Source of the DNA: Tubiluchus corallicola
Lineage: Eukaryota > Animalia > Priapulida
Direction: 5' to 3'
DNA: 64,000 bases
Assembly (NCBI GenBank): GCA_030141605.1
Contig: JAQGDQ010000034.1
Location: 124,001-188,000 of the forward strand
Positions 38,654-53,041 of this stretch are shown here, piece by piece; position 1 is the stretch's first letter, and every line of letters starts with the position of its first letter. Both the position numbers and the translations under genes were made by a program. Below the pieces are notes generated by a model that was not told the origin of the DNA, made no database searches, and was given only the letters and a program-made list of their open reading frames with translations.

Positions 38654-38939
38654 GCACTTATAAGATTCGTACTAGTCTTGTGATAGCCTCTTAATTTTTA
38701 CAAACATTTTGCAAGTGCTTAAAAAGAAAATTAGTATTGGTAAAGTTACTGCACTTACTTGGTGCAGTTTAATATTTATCAATATCTCATTTCACTGAAA
38801 CACCATCACACTTTTGTAGGCGTCTACAAGAAATAAGGTTTCATAAAGTTAACAAAATGCGTGCAAAAGGTGTACTACTTTATTTGGTACCAATTAATTT
38901 AAGAAAACGATCAAAATAGTTTCTAATTGCTCTAACGCT

Positions 38940-39590
38940 ATTACTTTCCACCAATTCGAGTTCACCTCTGACAACATTGCTGATTAGCTCTCTCCACATA
39001 TGTCTATCTCTCACCTTCACCATACTCCTGCAGTGATCCCACCTCAACTAGATCCATCCTCCGAGTTGTTGGTCTTCCTTGTCTTCTCAAACAAAATGAC
39101 TTCTCACAGTGAACAATCTGCATGAAAAATATGCCCTCCACAGGTTTTTGTGGAGCTTATAGAATCCTGGTAGAATAATAGGAATGACTCGTGTTGGAAT
39201 GCCACATTTCTACAGAACAAATTGGATTGTTTTGCTTCCTCTCCTGCTGATCCTGAGTAGCCTCAAAAACGACAATGCGGTCCCTTTCTGTTTTCTTCAA
39301 GATCAAAGATTTTGACACATAGATGACAATATGAAAGATAGTTTTCTCCATCCAGCGTGACTAGATATCTCCACTGCATGTAGTCATCAGATTTGTGTTA
39401 CCTTGAGGTAGTGACTTGCTTCAGCATTCTTCCGCTTCAGTCCTTCCAGCCCATCTTGTAGACTATCCTTTGAATTTGCCACCAAGGTCGTATCACCCGC
39501 ATATTAAGGATTAAAGATCTTTCGGGCACCAATCACGATTCCATCATTCCAGTCTTCCAATGTCTCACACTTGAAATTGTACAGGACAGG
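38940..39590 (-). mobile_element. RTE-clade LINE 3' fragment
   Basis: Minus strand LEDWNDGIVIGARKIFNP*YAGDTTLVA (decayed LRYADD) and an RQGRPTTR tail motif. Confidence 0.75.
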
Positions 39591-42500
39591 ATTGTACATT
39601 TACTAACGATTGGATATGTTAAAAAAATGGGTCAAGGATTGAATTAGGACCTGTCGTGATCACCGAGGCAGAATATAGAGTACTGGTCATGGCATTCGTC
39701 TTCCTATCAGCAAAACGTGTCATTTCAAATCCGGCTTTATCGTAATTCCTTTCTTTCGGACAAGTTTGGTTTCAAAATTTAATACTTGTAGTTTCATTTA
39801 TTATCAATAATCTTCTAACTACGTTTATACTTGTGGTTTCATTTATTGTCAATAATCTTGTAACTAAGTTTCTTTATAATAATAACAATCATGACTAAGG
39901 TTTTTAATGCGTGTAAAGGGTTATTCAGATTTGTATTGTGTTGTTATGGATACTAGTATCAGTTAGATTATCATACTTGTGTTATCGTTTAATTAATAAT
40001 GAAAATAAATACGTTTATTCATAAATAATTTTAGTGCTTGGTTTTTGCTTTTTTATCATTCCTACCCGAGTATAGCTGTCTCGCTGCGAAAATAAAAAAA
40101 TTCACAGACTCTTTTTGGCAAATCCTTGCGTTTTTTAATAATTGCTTACTGTGTGACAATGTCATGGAACATTCAGAATATGATGATTAGGACATTATCC
40201 ACTTTTAATTTATATTAACTCGCTATGTACACAGAACTCGCGTAGTAGACACTTGAAGTACGGACCTTGAAAGTGGTATGGTGAGCGCTGACCTCTGTTA
40301 AAGGGTGAAGGACATGGACTGGTCAGTAGCCAGTTTTTCGATTGCAGTTCGTTTCCTAATAGTTTTTCACAATTAAACTCGAAATTTTCTTCACAAGTAT
40401 TGAAATGCTGGAGTTTTTTTAAGGGATCCCGAGATAAGAGCCAAAATGTATAACGTTGAATATCTTTAAAACTATAATAACTCGAGTTACAAAATTTGAG
40501 GTATACCTGGACCAGGGGCTGAGACAAAAGTGTAGATACAAATAAAAAATAAAAAACCTCGAACTGTTTACAGATCCGAGAAAGAAACTAAAATATGAAA
40601 ATTAGCGCAAACGGCTTTGTCCGTCAAGTCATAACATAAATAACTCCAAAGCTACAGTACGCAGAGTCACGAAATTTCAAGATAGTCACCGGCATCGTGC
40701 ATGCTGGTTAACCACGCTTGAGCGTAAAAATCCACAAGTATTCACATAAGTTAACCATACTCGACCAGCTACAAATAGGTTCATGGCGTTACGAGCGCCG
40801 ATTTGGGTCTAAATTCGTTCAGTCTTTTTTTTGTAAATTTCAGTAAAAGTACGATCACGCTTATTGGACTGTTTATGGTGAAATACTAGTATGCTTATTA
40901 ACATTTGTTACTGTGTTGCTTCTCAAGGACTGAAGTACTTCTCGTCAATATACAGTAAAGCGCCATTAATTCATTAGACCTTGCCCTGCATTGTTTATTG
41001 AAAGCTTGGAAGCTCAATCTAGCTTTTTTTACACTAAAGATCATTTTGCGCAGTTGTGATTTTATTTAGGAATCAACAATTATCCGCTAAAAGAATAATC
41101 AGAATTGAACCAACGAATAAATGGAATCAGAAAGAGATTATTCATTACATTTGAAAGAGAACTCACTCTGCTTCTCCCACGCATTTAATATGCTTATGAA
41201 CGCGTGTCTGACAACTCCAATCATGATAAATATATGAATTAAGAAATCAATGTAAATGTAAATTATGAGATGAACTCTGTATCAGTTAGGAGAAGTTTGG
41301 TCCACATTGATTTGTACTTCCGAGACAGGTATAATTCTGTAAATAAGTCGAGGATAATTCGAAACTCATTAGTAACGTCCGCCAGCAGTGACGGGGAATG
41401 GTATCTGGTCGGTCGAGTGCCCAGCAGGCGTTACGCTATTGTTCTAAATTGATGAAGATGTTGTCAGAATGTGAATTGGGTGCCTGGTCGCCGGCTGACC
41501 TGGGAATGATTAACGAGGGTCGATAGTCGGACCACGGGTTTTAAGACAGTGACACCCCAGGACTCTGTCCCGGTGACAGAAGAGGGTAAAAAAGCGCTTA
41601 GGAGTCAAGATGCTCATATGGTTAAAGTAACGATGCGTTCAGGAGTCGGGTATAGCAAGGCCACCAGGTGCATTATGACACATGACGGAGAGGTTTCATA
41701 AGGGGGCTGGGGGGTACGACAGAGAGACAGGGCTTTCTGGTCGATGGCAAGCAAGTGACAAGGTGTGGACTCTCTATCGTACATTCTGAAGGTAGGGACT
41801 AAACTTTCTATTGCTATCAGCGTAGATGTCTTCTGAGCAGTTGGATCGAGTTAACCTCTAAGGCACATATAATAGCTCATACTAGATTGGCCAGTCCCAC
41901 AGAAAAATGTTTTTATTTATCATGTTTCCTTGGTAATGCAAATATAAGTGTATTCAATTATTGGCAGATATTCATTGTTGTTAAAGGAACCGTTGTTATG
42001 AAATTGATTGTAATCTTGACGAAACAAATTGTACAACATATTATTAACGCGATTAACGCGATAACATGTTAATCGATTATTATATCATATCGCGAACCGA
42101 GTTAAATTGTAATTGTTACCGATGTTTAGTATTTTCGAAACCCGTTTAATTAATAAACTCCATTTACATTTGTTAATAAAAGTGTCTGCGTTAGTTTACA
42201 ATTAAGAATCATTTAAAGATTGTTGGAGTTCTGTAAATACACTATCTGTTACACGAATCGGGCACGGAACATTCTCACACTGAAACAGCTTATTGCGGAG
42301 CCGTGCTAGAAAACTACATAGGTAAAGATCTACCTCACAGCGCGCGTATCTCGTGGTTTGAGGTCGCTCTGTATTTAGCAATGCCATTCCGACCCAGCAT
42401 AGGCTCTCGTAGTCCCAGATTAATTATTTCATTAATTACGTAATTAGCAGCTAATACTACCATTGTATAACACATTACGAAAATTGCGTGTTTGCTTTAT

Positions 42501-44019
42501 TTACAGCCGTGATGAAACATACCAAAGCAAGTTTACTAAAAACAGGACAGAAACGACTCCGACATGTTAAAAGATATGCTCATTTTTAAGAGGATAGTAA
42601 GAAGCTGATTATAGTCTTTCATTAAAGATTTCTATCGACGAATGAATCAAATAAGTAATGGTGCACAGATGTTTAGCTCGACCGGTTTACTGTTGTAGAC
42701 GATGCTTACAAACACGAGGTATACCTTCTATTTAAAATTCGTACTCTTACACAGTGAGCGCAAGCTTTTATAAAAGTGACGAGTAATTGTAAAAAGCAAA
42801 TTATTATATCAAAAGTATAGCTGAAACAATGGAGAATCTACAAAGCCCTCAAAATTTAGTGCGGACGCAAAACCTGCAATCTTGATGGCAAGAGCAGAGA
42901 CTCGAAGAAGCCAACATCCTCAATGCAAATGTCTCTTTAAAGCACAAGGAAAGCATTTCATAAAAAACTTAAAATAGTCATCTGGAAATATTGTGCCACT
43001 TACATGCTGTTCTATTGCATGGAGGGCTTGCGTTAGCAGTAACGCTTTATAAAAGTAGTAAACTTAAATTCCCGCGTTGACCGTTAGGACCAGCCATTTA
43101 GACAGAAAGTCATTTGAAACAATTTAGATAACACTGCGCAAAGTTTGAAAAAAATAATCAGAACATTCGCAGCACACTCTTTGCTAACTAAGCAAAAGTT
43201 TAAATTACTTTATATTGTCAGTAAGACCAACAACGTGTTTTTGGTGATTCATTGGTGCACACTATCAAAGCAGTGCCTTTTTACCAAGTGGCGCGAACAT
43301 TTTATACATTTAAGAATTTTCTATTATAATTTTCAATAATTCTTTCAAAAAGGTAACCGTAGTGGTAAGAAATATAACTTAGCTACATGAGGCTTCCACA
43401 CTAAATTTTGAGGATATAACAGATTCCTTTTTGCTTCAGCAATACTTTGATGTGTAACAAATTGTTCTGTACGAGCAAATTATTCCTTATTTTTATGCCT
43501 TATTCACAGATGGTTTTGCACCTATATAAATTTTGGTGGTAGTGTAAAATTATGGAATAAAAGTAAGAAGAATTAGTGAACAACTCTTCGAAGGTCATTA
43601 TTTAACATGCCATAAGGTGAACCACTTTGTTGTTTTTGAAAGACACACAATCATTTTTAGAGTCCTAGCAAATTATGAAAATTTAGTAACCAAAACGTTC
43701 TCGAGCTCTAATTTTTATTGTTTCAATTTCTGTTTGAGGTGTCTCTAGGTAATAAAGACTTTTAAAAGTTTCAAAAGGACGATAAAATAATGAAAAAGAA
43801 TACAGTGACTTCCCTGTCAAATAACTTCACAGGAGGCTCTGGTAGCTTTTTCGGAAGTTTTCGTTAATTCACGACAAACGCTATGTCAAACTTTAATGTG
43901 TATTTTGATGAATTGGTTATATTTTTTCATGTGACACTGGCAAAATATAAGATACACAGAAAGGCATAAATTTAGTCTTTGTGTTTGTGAATGCATTAAT
44001 TGTGAGTTGTGAATTTTAG

Positions 44020-45628
44020 CTCTTCTGATAAAATTTGTGCTGAGGATACTTTTGTGGACGGCAATGACGATGTGTGTCATCTCGTCTTACAACAATACCG
44101 GTTCTTCCAAACGAAATAAAGAACGAGTGCAGATTTTAATATTTTTCAATAACGCTCAAAATCAGACCATTGTTCAAGAAAACCTTTACCAATGTATGAA
44201 GTCCATGACACGTCATGCTACCGGTGCGATAAAACTGCATTTTCTGGGAGATAAAGAAAGTGTGAACATTGCAGCTGATATCTTGAAAAAAGTGTGGCAC
44301 ACGACACCCCATGCAGCATCTTTGCAGTACGAGGTAATGATACTGTATTGGTCGTAGGTGAAGCATTTTTACTGAACAAGATGAAGTTGTCTATTCACAA
44401 GATAATGGTTTTACAGTGAAGTTTTTACACTGACAATCGGTGATCTATATCTGAGCAAATACTCTTGCTGTGCTGCTCGTAATATTAGTCACACCACTTT
44501 GTACCAATTTTGAGTCAAAAATTCCTGAATCAATTTTGAATCAAAATGTATTCGTTTTTTGGCACATTTGACGATATATATACAATTGCCACACATGTTT
44601 AAAGAACCATATAAGATTAATTTAAATTTAAATTTTTGCAGTTTATTACGTTAATGCTAATGTGTATTCCGGGTATTCATAACATTAATTTGTTAGAGTA
44701 ATCTTTTTTGTGACTTTATTATAAAACACGTAAAATACAAACGCTATCATTTCCAATCATTATTAATAAAAGGAGTAAAATACTAATTAAACGTTGCTAA
44801 TTAATAAAAACTAATATTCTAATAAATGGTTCCACATTTAGTAAATTATATACTTGTATCTGAAGTCATCTCCAGATAGTTCTTACAAGAGTGTTTTGCA
44901 CATTCAAATAAAAACATTTAGATTTTGTTCTTCATTTTCAGACTGAGCTTCACGACGCATGGAAAGTCATATATGACGCCATTGATGACGTCAGATACTT
45001 GCGAGAAATCTTCAAAAGTCGCCTCAGGCACTACAAGCTTTTCGATGATTACTACTACTTTATTCCATTTGTCATTTATAAAATACTGAGTGTAGAAAAG
45101 ATTATAAAGATTGACATTGACACCAAAATACTGGCGGATATTCGATTATTGTGGCAACATTTCTACGCTTTTGACAATCAAATGCTCTTTGGTTTAGTCC
45201 CTGAACAGCAACCCACGTATTTTAAGCAATTTCTTCGATACAGACACTACACTGGAGATGATACTGTGGGTACGCCACTCCCTTATGGTCATCCAGGTTA
45301 CAACGGTGGTCTGTACTTGATGCATGTAGCTCGGATGGCCAGGTCGCGGGTTTACCAACACATCATTGAGGAAAATAACCTCAGATTACTAATGGACAAA
45401 TACATGTTTGAAATGCCACATTTGGGAGATCAGGACATATTTACGTTGCTGAACTTTGAATACCCGGAATTATTCCGTTCTCTGCCTTGTTCTTGGAATA
45501 GGCAGCTGTGCCGTATATATGCAAGGGAGAAATGGGTTACATCAGTTTTGTTCGACATGTACCACACATGCAAAGAACGCATTATGCTGTACCATGGTAA
45601 TTGCTATACAGCACTTCCGCCATCTTGA
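44020..45628 (+). CDS. XXYLT1: Xyloside xylosyltransferase 1-like glycosyltransferase (GT8); exons ~44020-44333 and 44942-45628; start codon uncertain
   Basis: N-terminal hydrophobic anchor, LHFLGD, KIIKIDID (DXD), GLVPEQQPTY, PGYNGG, HLGDQDIFTLL, LPCSWNRQLC, HGNC. Phase-0 GT-AG intron. Confidence 0.88.
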
Positions 45629-46407
45629 TTCGGGTTACATCAGTTCTGTTCGACATGTGCCAGAGAAGTGATGAACGTATAACTGTTATACAGCGCTTTC
45701 GCCATCATGAAAACTATCTGACTGGGCCCGACCTGCACCCTAGTTTTGGGCTTCTTAAATTATTGGTTGTGTAACAAAATAGTTTCAATACAAGGTCATC
45801 AGCCACGGTAGGCCCCTCACAAACCGTTTTGAGAAGTTCATAAGATGCTTTACTGTGAAATGAATTTGGCCATTAATTTCATTCGCCATAAGGCGTTTCG
45901 AGTCATCGTTAACGCGGTAATTAGCATGTTTGTGCTTCATGTAGTGAGCAAGTCATTTATGTCATAAGAATTCATAACATTTATGAGAATGCTCTCAGAA
46001 ACACTAAAAAGCAATTTTTAAACGCGACATTTCACTAAAATAGCAGTTAGATACATGCATTGCCCAAACGGATTATGGCAAAATGTCTTACAATATTTAC
46101 ACAGAGTAAGGAGCATGTTGCAGATTATTATATACGCCTTATGGAAAATGGAAGACTCCTTGTGGCTTATGAATTATGACTTACGCCTTACGCCTTTCTT
46201 TGTGTGACACGGGCCTCATGTGGTTTTCGAACATATCGCCAACAGTTCCCTCATTCTTTAACAGTTCTTAATAGTAACTTGTGTAGGGCTATGCTAAAAC
46301 ATGAGATAAAAACTAAATATCAAGTACGTCATTAAAATGGAACAAATTTCACAAACGCATTAGTTTACATCATTTATGAGATTGTAATGAGACACTGATT
46401 TCAGCAT

Positions 46408-46664
46408 TTAATTGTAAATGTCTTCGTTGTTTGTTTCTACTTTGTTTCTTTGAATGTCTTCGCATCTTACAAGCACAGGACAAGAAATGCCTCCACCCAT
46501 TACAATAACTGTATTGCAAACCTGCGAACCTGGAAAGACGACACCTTCCCATGGAGAATATTTACACTTACAAATGGGACAAAGTGTCTCGGCGTCAACT
46601 GCATAACCGAAGTCACACTTTAGACTACACTAGACACACAAGGGAGTGTTGACACTGGAGCTTT
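46408..46664 (-). pseudogene. Decayed antistasin-like cysteine-rich exon
   Basis: Acceptor ttccag|, then PLCV*CSLKCDFGYAVDAETLCPICKCKYSPWEGVVFPGSQVC...CPVLVRC. Antistasin CxLxCxFG..D...CxxCxC spacing with one TAG and apparent Cys to Trp/Phe changes. Confidence 0.55.
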
Positions 46665-46689
46665 CTGGAAATATAAGAGAAAATGGAAG

Positions 46690-48990
46690 GAAGAAAACAA
46701 CAGGGGCAGTACGGTGTGAAAATTGAAAAAAAAATAAAATAGTGACAGAGCAAGAAAGAATAAAAAAACTGTTATGTGAATTATTATGAACAGTTACGGC
46801 AAAATACTAATGAGAGTGATTTAGAAGAACAAATTAATTCAGTTATGCAAACAATAAAGCTAATAAATACTAGTAGAAAGATTAATGTGAGTAGGAAAGC
46901 TGTTGCAGAAGCACGAGAAGCAATAAGAACTTTGAAAAATAAGAAAGCAATGGATGACCAAGGGTGGTGTAATGAGATGACGAAAGCAGCAGAAAGTGAT
47001 TTGTTACAAAGTATAGTACACATGTTTAATGAGATACTAATAAGTGAAACAATACCAGAAGAACGGTTGGAAATGACAGTGAAATCTATTTATAAAAATA
47101 AAGGAAGCCGTAGTGAGCTAAAGAATAAGAGAGGCATTTTCCTCACCCGAAATATATCTAAATTATTTGAAAGAATACTATTGCAAAATTATTTGCCTGA
47201 GAGTCAGTGTGGAGGAAAAAAGGACGAGGTATAACTGGCAATTTATTTATTTTGTACAGGTATATTGAGTATTTTCATTACTATGGAAAATCAGTGCATG
47301 TAATTTTTACAGATGCAGAAAAATGCTTGACAAGTTGTGGTTACGAGATTGTATAAGTGACTTATGGAGACTTGGTGTAAATGAAAAATACTGTTCTGTT
47401 TGAACTAAATAAATATGCTGAACTGAAAATTAGTACACCGGTAGGACTAACAAAGAAATTCCGAATCGGAGAAACTGCACGACAAAGAACTGTGTGTGTG
47501 AAAGTTATAACTTTATATTTTAGGTGCTGCCATCTATTGATTAGTCACTTTAACATTTACTAGTTCAACTCACCCTTAGTACAATTGTTTGGTCCAGTGA
47601 ATATTCAAACTCACTGTATCTCCCCTATTTCACTGTAATGGGATATGTGAAGCCAAGTTTTTGCACAGTTCTCTACCTATATAAACTGGCTAGATTTCAC
47701 TGCTAGTCACTCTCTGTCTCAGGCAGTGCAGTCGTGCAACTCATGGGACACACTGTCTCTCTGTCACACATTCAGTGCTGTGCAGCAGTTGTGATCTTCA
47801 TTTTACTTGTGCATTTTACTGTGTATTTAGTGCAATAAATGCAATAAAAGTGTTTCAGTTTTGTGCCAACATGTAATCTTGTGTTTAGTTGTTTTCTACA
47901 AGTGTTCAATTTCAACTTCACAAATAACTTTCACAGTGTGGGGACTAGTTATGTGTTGCGCTAGCACAACCAGGTAAATAAAATGGGCAGGAAAAGAACT
48001 CTCGTTAATAAGTAATGATGTTGGATTGGATACCAGAATATATGTGGATGATATTCTTGGCTGTCATGATGAAAATGTAGTAATGAATGTGACAAAAATA
48101 TGTAGATTGATGGATGAAAAAGTTTAATTTTAGTAGTGAAAAATCGCAACAGTTGGTAATCACGCAAACTAGGAAGAGAAAAGAAGCAAGAAAGTGGAAC
48201 ATATGATATACGAAATTATGAATTCGAGTAGTTCTGACGATATACGGTTATTGTACAAGACAACGACGATTCCTAGTTTAATTTTCAATATGGCGGTTTC
48301 AATATAACAGAAACAAACTATGAAGAAATAGAAAGTTGGCAAAAGAAGCCCCAAGATGTATGATGAAGCAAAAAATGTCTACGGGTTATTGGGGCCTAAT
48401 GATGACTTGGGAAGTATGGCCATTGAGACAAATAATACATTAAATCTGAAAGTAAAAGAGATGCTAAAAAGGTGATGTTGAGTATGTGACAAAAACATTT
48501 CCAGAAGCTGGGGGACAGAAATTAGAGAAATTGCAAGTATGTATGATTTAGATATAAATGTTCAAAGAATGGAAAGCTTATTGAAGTCACAATGGAAAAA
48601 AGAAATTAAAAGAGCAGTTAAAAAGTATCTAGAAGTAGAAACTGTGAAAAAGTGTGATGATATGACAAAACTGAGATTTATGGAAGATAAGTGTGGAAAA
48701 TTGGGAATAGGCAATAAATTGTGATGGAGTGTGATGAAAAAACTGCGTGTGAAATTACTGAATGGAAATTAAATATGATCAAATTAAAGATTAATTATAA
48801 AAGAAATAAATGTAAGGATGATTTAATGTGTCCACTGTGTGTGAAAGAGTGTGATATGACTGAACATCTGTTCATGTAGTGAACGAAGAAGATCTATGTT
48901 CAGTAAACACGGGCACACTAGTAAGAATCAATACCTGGATCAGACAAGTGATAAAATTTAGAGATATTATGGGGCACAATCTATAGGTGT
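46690..48990 (+). mobile_element. Decayed non-LTR retrotransposon (RT plus C-terminal CPLC...EHLF zinc finger)
   Basis: AMDDQGWCNEM, SIYKNKGS...NKRGIFL, ESQCGGKK, DAEKC.DKLWL, ISTPVGLT, RQRTV|WGLVMC (split by a solo LTR), YVDD. Confidence 0.85.
47497..47935 (+). mobile_element. Solo LTR (439 bp) inserted in the LINE
   Basis: 12-bp terminal inverted repeat TGTGAAAGTTAT/ATAACTTTCACA, 5-bp TSD GTGTG, TATATAAA at ~47678 and AATAAA at ~47834. Removing it restores the RT frame QRTVWG. Confidence 0.9.
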
Positions 48991-49407
48991 AACTCTTTTA
49001 ACTCTTTGGTTCACCTGTGAGATAAAAGTCTATTCTCTTTTGTTAATCGTATGCCCTTGGATGAATTTCCTGGAGTCATTGCATTATTTGACCTGATTAA
49101 TATTTTATGCAAATATCATTTGTCTGAAGGTTGACTTGATTGAACGAAGGATCGTTACCTTACAGCAACACCACCAACAATAACAGCATCAACAATAAAA
49201 ACAGCAATAAAACAACAAAAGTAACAATGGTGACATGATGACAGCAATAGTGATGATGATGACGGTGGTGGTCGTAATCCCAACAAAAGAGCGAGTAAGA
49301 AACAAACAAACTACAACAACGATAAATGAAAGAGGAAGCGAATAAAAAACAAACAAAAACAAAAGTGCCCAACGTGTTCGAGCAGGTTATATATATTATA
49401 TTTTAAT

Positions 49408-49655
49408 AGTACCGAACTTTTCTTGTTTCAAACTTTCTGTATAAGGAATTTCCCTTGTACCAAACTTCTTCCGTACCATTTTTACCTTGTACCATATTTA
49501 CTCGTACCAAAAATGTCCGCAAAAATTCATTAGTACCATATTTCCTCTTTACGAAAATTACGGCGTATCAAAAATTCCTAGTACCAAATTTTCCCGGTAC
49601 CAAAATTTCCTCGTACTAAAATTACCAGCACCAAACTTACTAGTACCAAATTTGC
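49408..49655. repeat. Degenerate ~15-bp tandem repeats (GTACCAAA..TTT.C), probably a transposon terminus
   Basis: About a dozen or more (G)TACCA(A) recurrences with roughly regular spacing. Confidence 0.6.
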
Positions 49656-51327
49656 GGCGCGATACACTCAATAAGTCAGTTATTTGCTTATTTTGCACTG
49701 TCACACAAAGCATTATAATAAATAAAAACCAAAATCAGAACTATAAACAACCTTCTCATAACATTACAACACCAGTAAGATGGACAAACAAAAATCATGG
49801 TAAAAAATGTAATTATTATTCTTATTGAAAATATAGTACTGATTCGATCATCGCTACTGTAGTTTACAACTTTTGATAAACATAATGATTTTGTTTAATA
49901 AACATATCAGCAATTTTTTATCTAATTTTCATCCAAATTCAGTAAAATTATTAATCAGTCATGGTTAATAACTAGGACAAGGTTGTGCAAAAGATGCAGT
50001 CCTGAGTGACTTCATCAGCTTTTGCCTGTAAGCAGAAATAAAGTTTTAAACTGAACACTAACTTTTGTCAATATAACAGTGAATAATAGTTTATGGTTTA
50101 ACATAGTTTCATGTGTTTGAAAACATGACAAAAGCGCGTTACAAAACAAAAGCGACGGCTTTGACAGATATGGCAGAAATATATGATTTGATGCGTAATG
50201 TTTGCCATTTTCCAAGGCATTAAAACTATACGAAACAACAGCTATTAAAAATTAAATTAAGTATTACAGGTAATAGCATCATATAACAAAGAATTGTGTT
50301 AATTATCAGCAAAAACAAAAAATGCAAGTTAGCTACCACTGTTTTAATATTGTAAAAGTTCTCCATAATTAGATAACGATAAAATTTCTGTCATATTAGT
50401 TGGCTCCCTATGTACAAGCCTTGAACAACAATTTATATTTCTACAAACTAAGCATGTAGCAACACATTTTACATAAATTATTTTTTCTTGTCACGTGCTA
50501 TATTATAGATGCTGTTCAACATCAAGCATAAATAGTAAATCAACAAGAACACACAGTTTCGACGAAAGGACAATTTGATGTTTGACTCACAAAAAATTAT
50601 GGAAAACCAGTAGTGATTAACTTCCAAACATTATTTACACTTTTTACACTTTAAGCTATAACTTTTAATGCCTAAAATATTCACAACATTCAGCGTTTGC
50701 AAACCAAAAGAGATTAATGAAGATTTCTTTCGCTGATTCAAAAGCAAATGAAGTCATTTTTGCTGCTGCCTGCCTCTAAACTTTACACCATTTTTGTATT
50801 TATTGAGAATAAGATGCCTGGGTGGTTCATTTTTAAATCTTCAACTACACGTTTGCCAAGCACGATAACAAAACGTGACTTGGCTTTCAAACGTTGAGCA
50901 TTTGAATCAAAATGCAAGATATGGATATTGTACCAAATGCAGACAGTGCAGTACAATTAAAAGCAACTTGTGCACGACATTTTACGCTTAAGTTCAAGGT
51001 GATTTGCAAGCACTTGCAAATGGGGAAATGAATGGTGCACTGTCATCTTTTCTTTTCACAAAACAATATTGTCCAGCAAGGAAGATAGTATCATATTTAC
51101 ACGAGTATTTTCAGTCACTACTCTTCAATGCATTTCGTTCACTTGAAACTTGTGGATCATGAAAACGTAGTCAAACATTTTATATATTCATATTTTGTCA
51201 GTACAAACACAAGATCTTATAATGATGTCTGTGACCTCAGTATTAACTTTCAAAGAGATAATCATCATCAGAATAATCACTTCACACAATAACATATCAC
51301 AGCTCATAATTTAAGCATCTTCACTTA

Positions 51328-53006
51328 TCATGTTCTTATGTCCTGTTGCACTTTGAGTGATAAGTCCATACACGGGTAACCTTGCGTCAGTGCTCCGAGT
51401 GATATGACATCAACATTCGGACCCATGTAGTCTTCAATGTTATCTGGCGTAACACCGCCACTAGCTTCTACCAAACAGTTCGGAAACTGAACTTTAAATG
51501 CTTCAGCAGCAGAATGAAGATCCTGTGGAAAGCAATAAAAATAAACACATCATAAAGAGAAAAGTAAGCAGTGGGTGGTGGGTAAAGAAGACATGGTTGA
51601 ATAGAGCAAAAAAATTAATTTGTTAGTCATTTTGGCTAGTGAATGGCCAGTCTGTTTTTCAGTCACAGCTTGCAAGACTAGACAGTTCAAAGTTTAAATT
51701 GACTGACTGTCTGAGCTAGACACCTACTGACTGGTTGGTTGGTCCTATGCAAAAGCAGCAAAAATTTGTTTACTGAAGCAAAATTTTCATTGAAAGCTGC
51801 AGGTTTGCCAGAATATATTTCTCATTTTTTGTCAACGTTGCTTTCTGTATCACATGACCAAGTTTAAAGCACCAGAAAACACTCTTCATAAATAAAGCTT
51901 AAAAATTTGCCTCGAAATTTTGTATCACTTATATGCTGTCTTATTGCATACAGACTTGTGTTACTAGAAATACCATATAAAACTTGTAAATTAAAATCCT
52001 GTGACGGTTGTTTTATGCTCAGTCATTTTAACCATAAGTTGTTTGAAATAAGTTTAATCAATATTGGGTAAAGTTTGAAAAAACACTCAGACCACTCGCA
52101 GCGCCCTCTTCCCTAGCTAAGCAAAAGTACAAATTACTTCATCTCACTAATAAGATCAATAATCCCCACAAATTACAATTATAATTTGAAAGAAACACAC
52201 AACCGTATTTTATCTAAACATAATTATTTAACAACAGCATATAGAATGAAACATCAACATATTGTTTAGCTGAAGTGTCTGCTGTTGCCGTAAATGCTGA
52301 TATTACCGCTCAAAACACATGCAGGCACGCACGTGCACGCGCGCGCATGCACGCACGCACGCACACACACACACACACACACAGCTCCTACTAGACAAAA
52401 TATGAAAAAATTCAGAACAAGTTCACACAATTTCTCATAATAGATGAAAAAAACTAATATGAAACAGTTTTGTATAGGACTGACATAGATGGAAACATAC
52501 AAGTCTTAAACAAAAACAATAGCTACAAATACATAAATAGATTCTTCTATCACAAATGATAGTGACAGAGAAAAAACACGTTATTTAGATTTGTCTGTTG
52601 GATTTTGATATAAACATTTGGTTTTTAATTTATTAACATTATCAGGAAACGTGTTAGATCCATATAGTAACAATTTGTTTGTTCATTTAAGTTAAGAATT
52701 AAAAATTAACACATGGCAATAAGAAAAGGTAAATGTTAGTTAATAAGACTTGTCTGGTATTGTTGTATTTATTACAGTAGCCTAGGGTTGCCAGATTAGA
52801 AACTTAGAAATACCGGACACTCTTAAAATCTCTCAATCAATCAATTCAATTTTATTTTCTCAATAGCAGTTAAAATTCGTCATAATTATTTTTACATTTC
52901 GTTGCAGCTGAGAAGGAGCAGCGAAAGACCTGTTGGTCACTTGGTCAGCTGCCCCTTATTAAAAATACAAGTTTACTTACAGGCTCATGACATTTTTTTA
53001 GGTGTT

Positions 53007-53041
<35 letters not shown>

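Noticed and set aside
49988-50024. Minus-strand CTGATGA-AGTC...GACT hammerhead-like motif
   Set aside because: Lacks the GAAA core.
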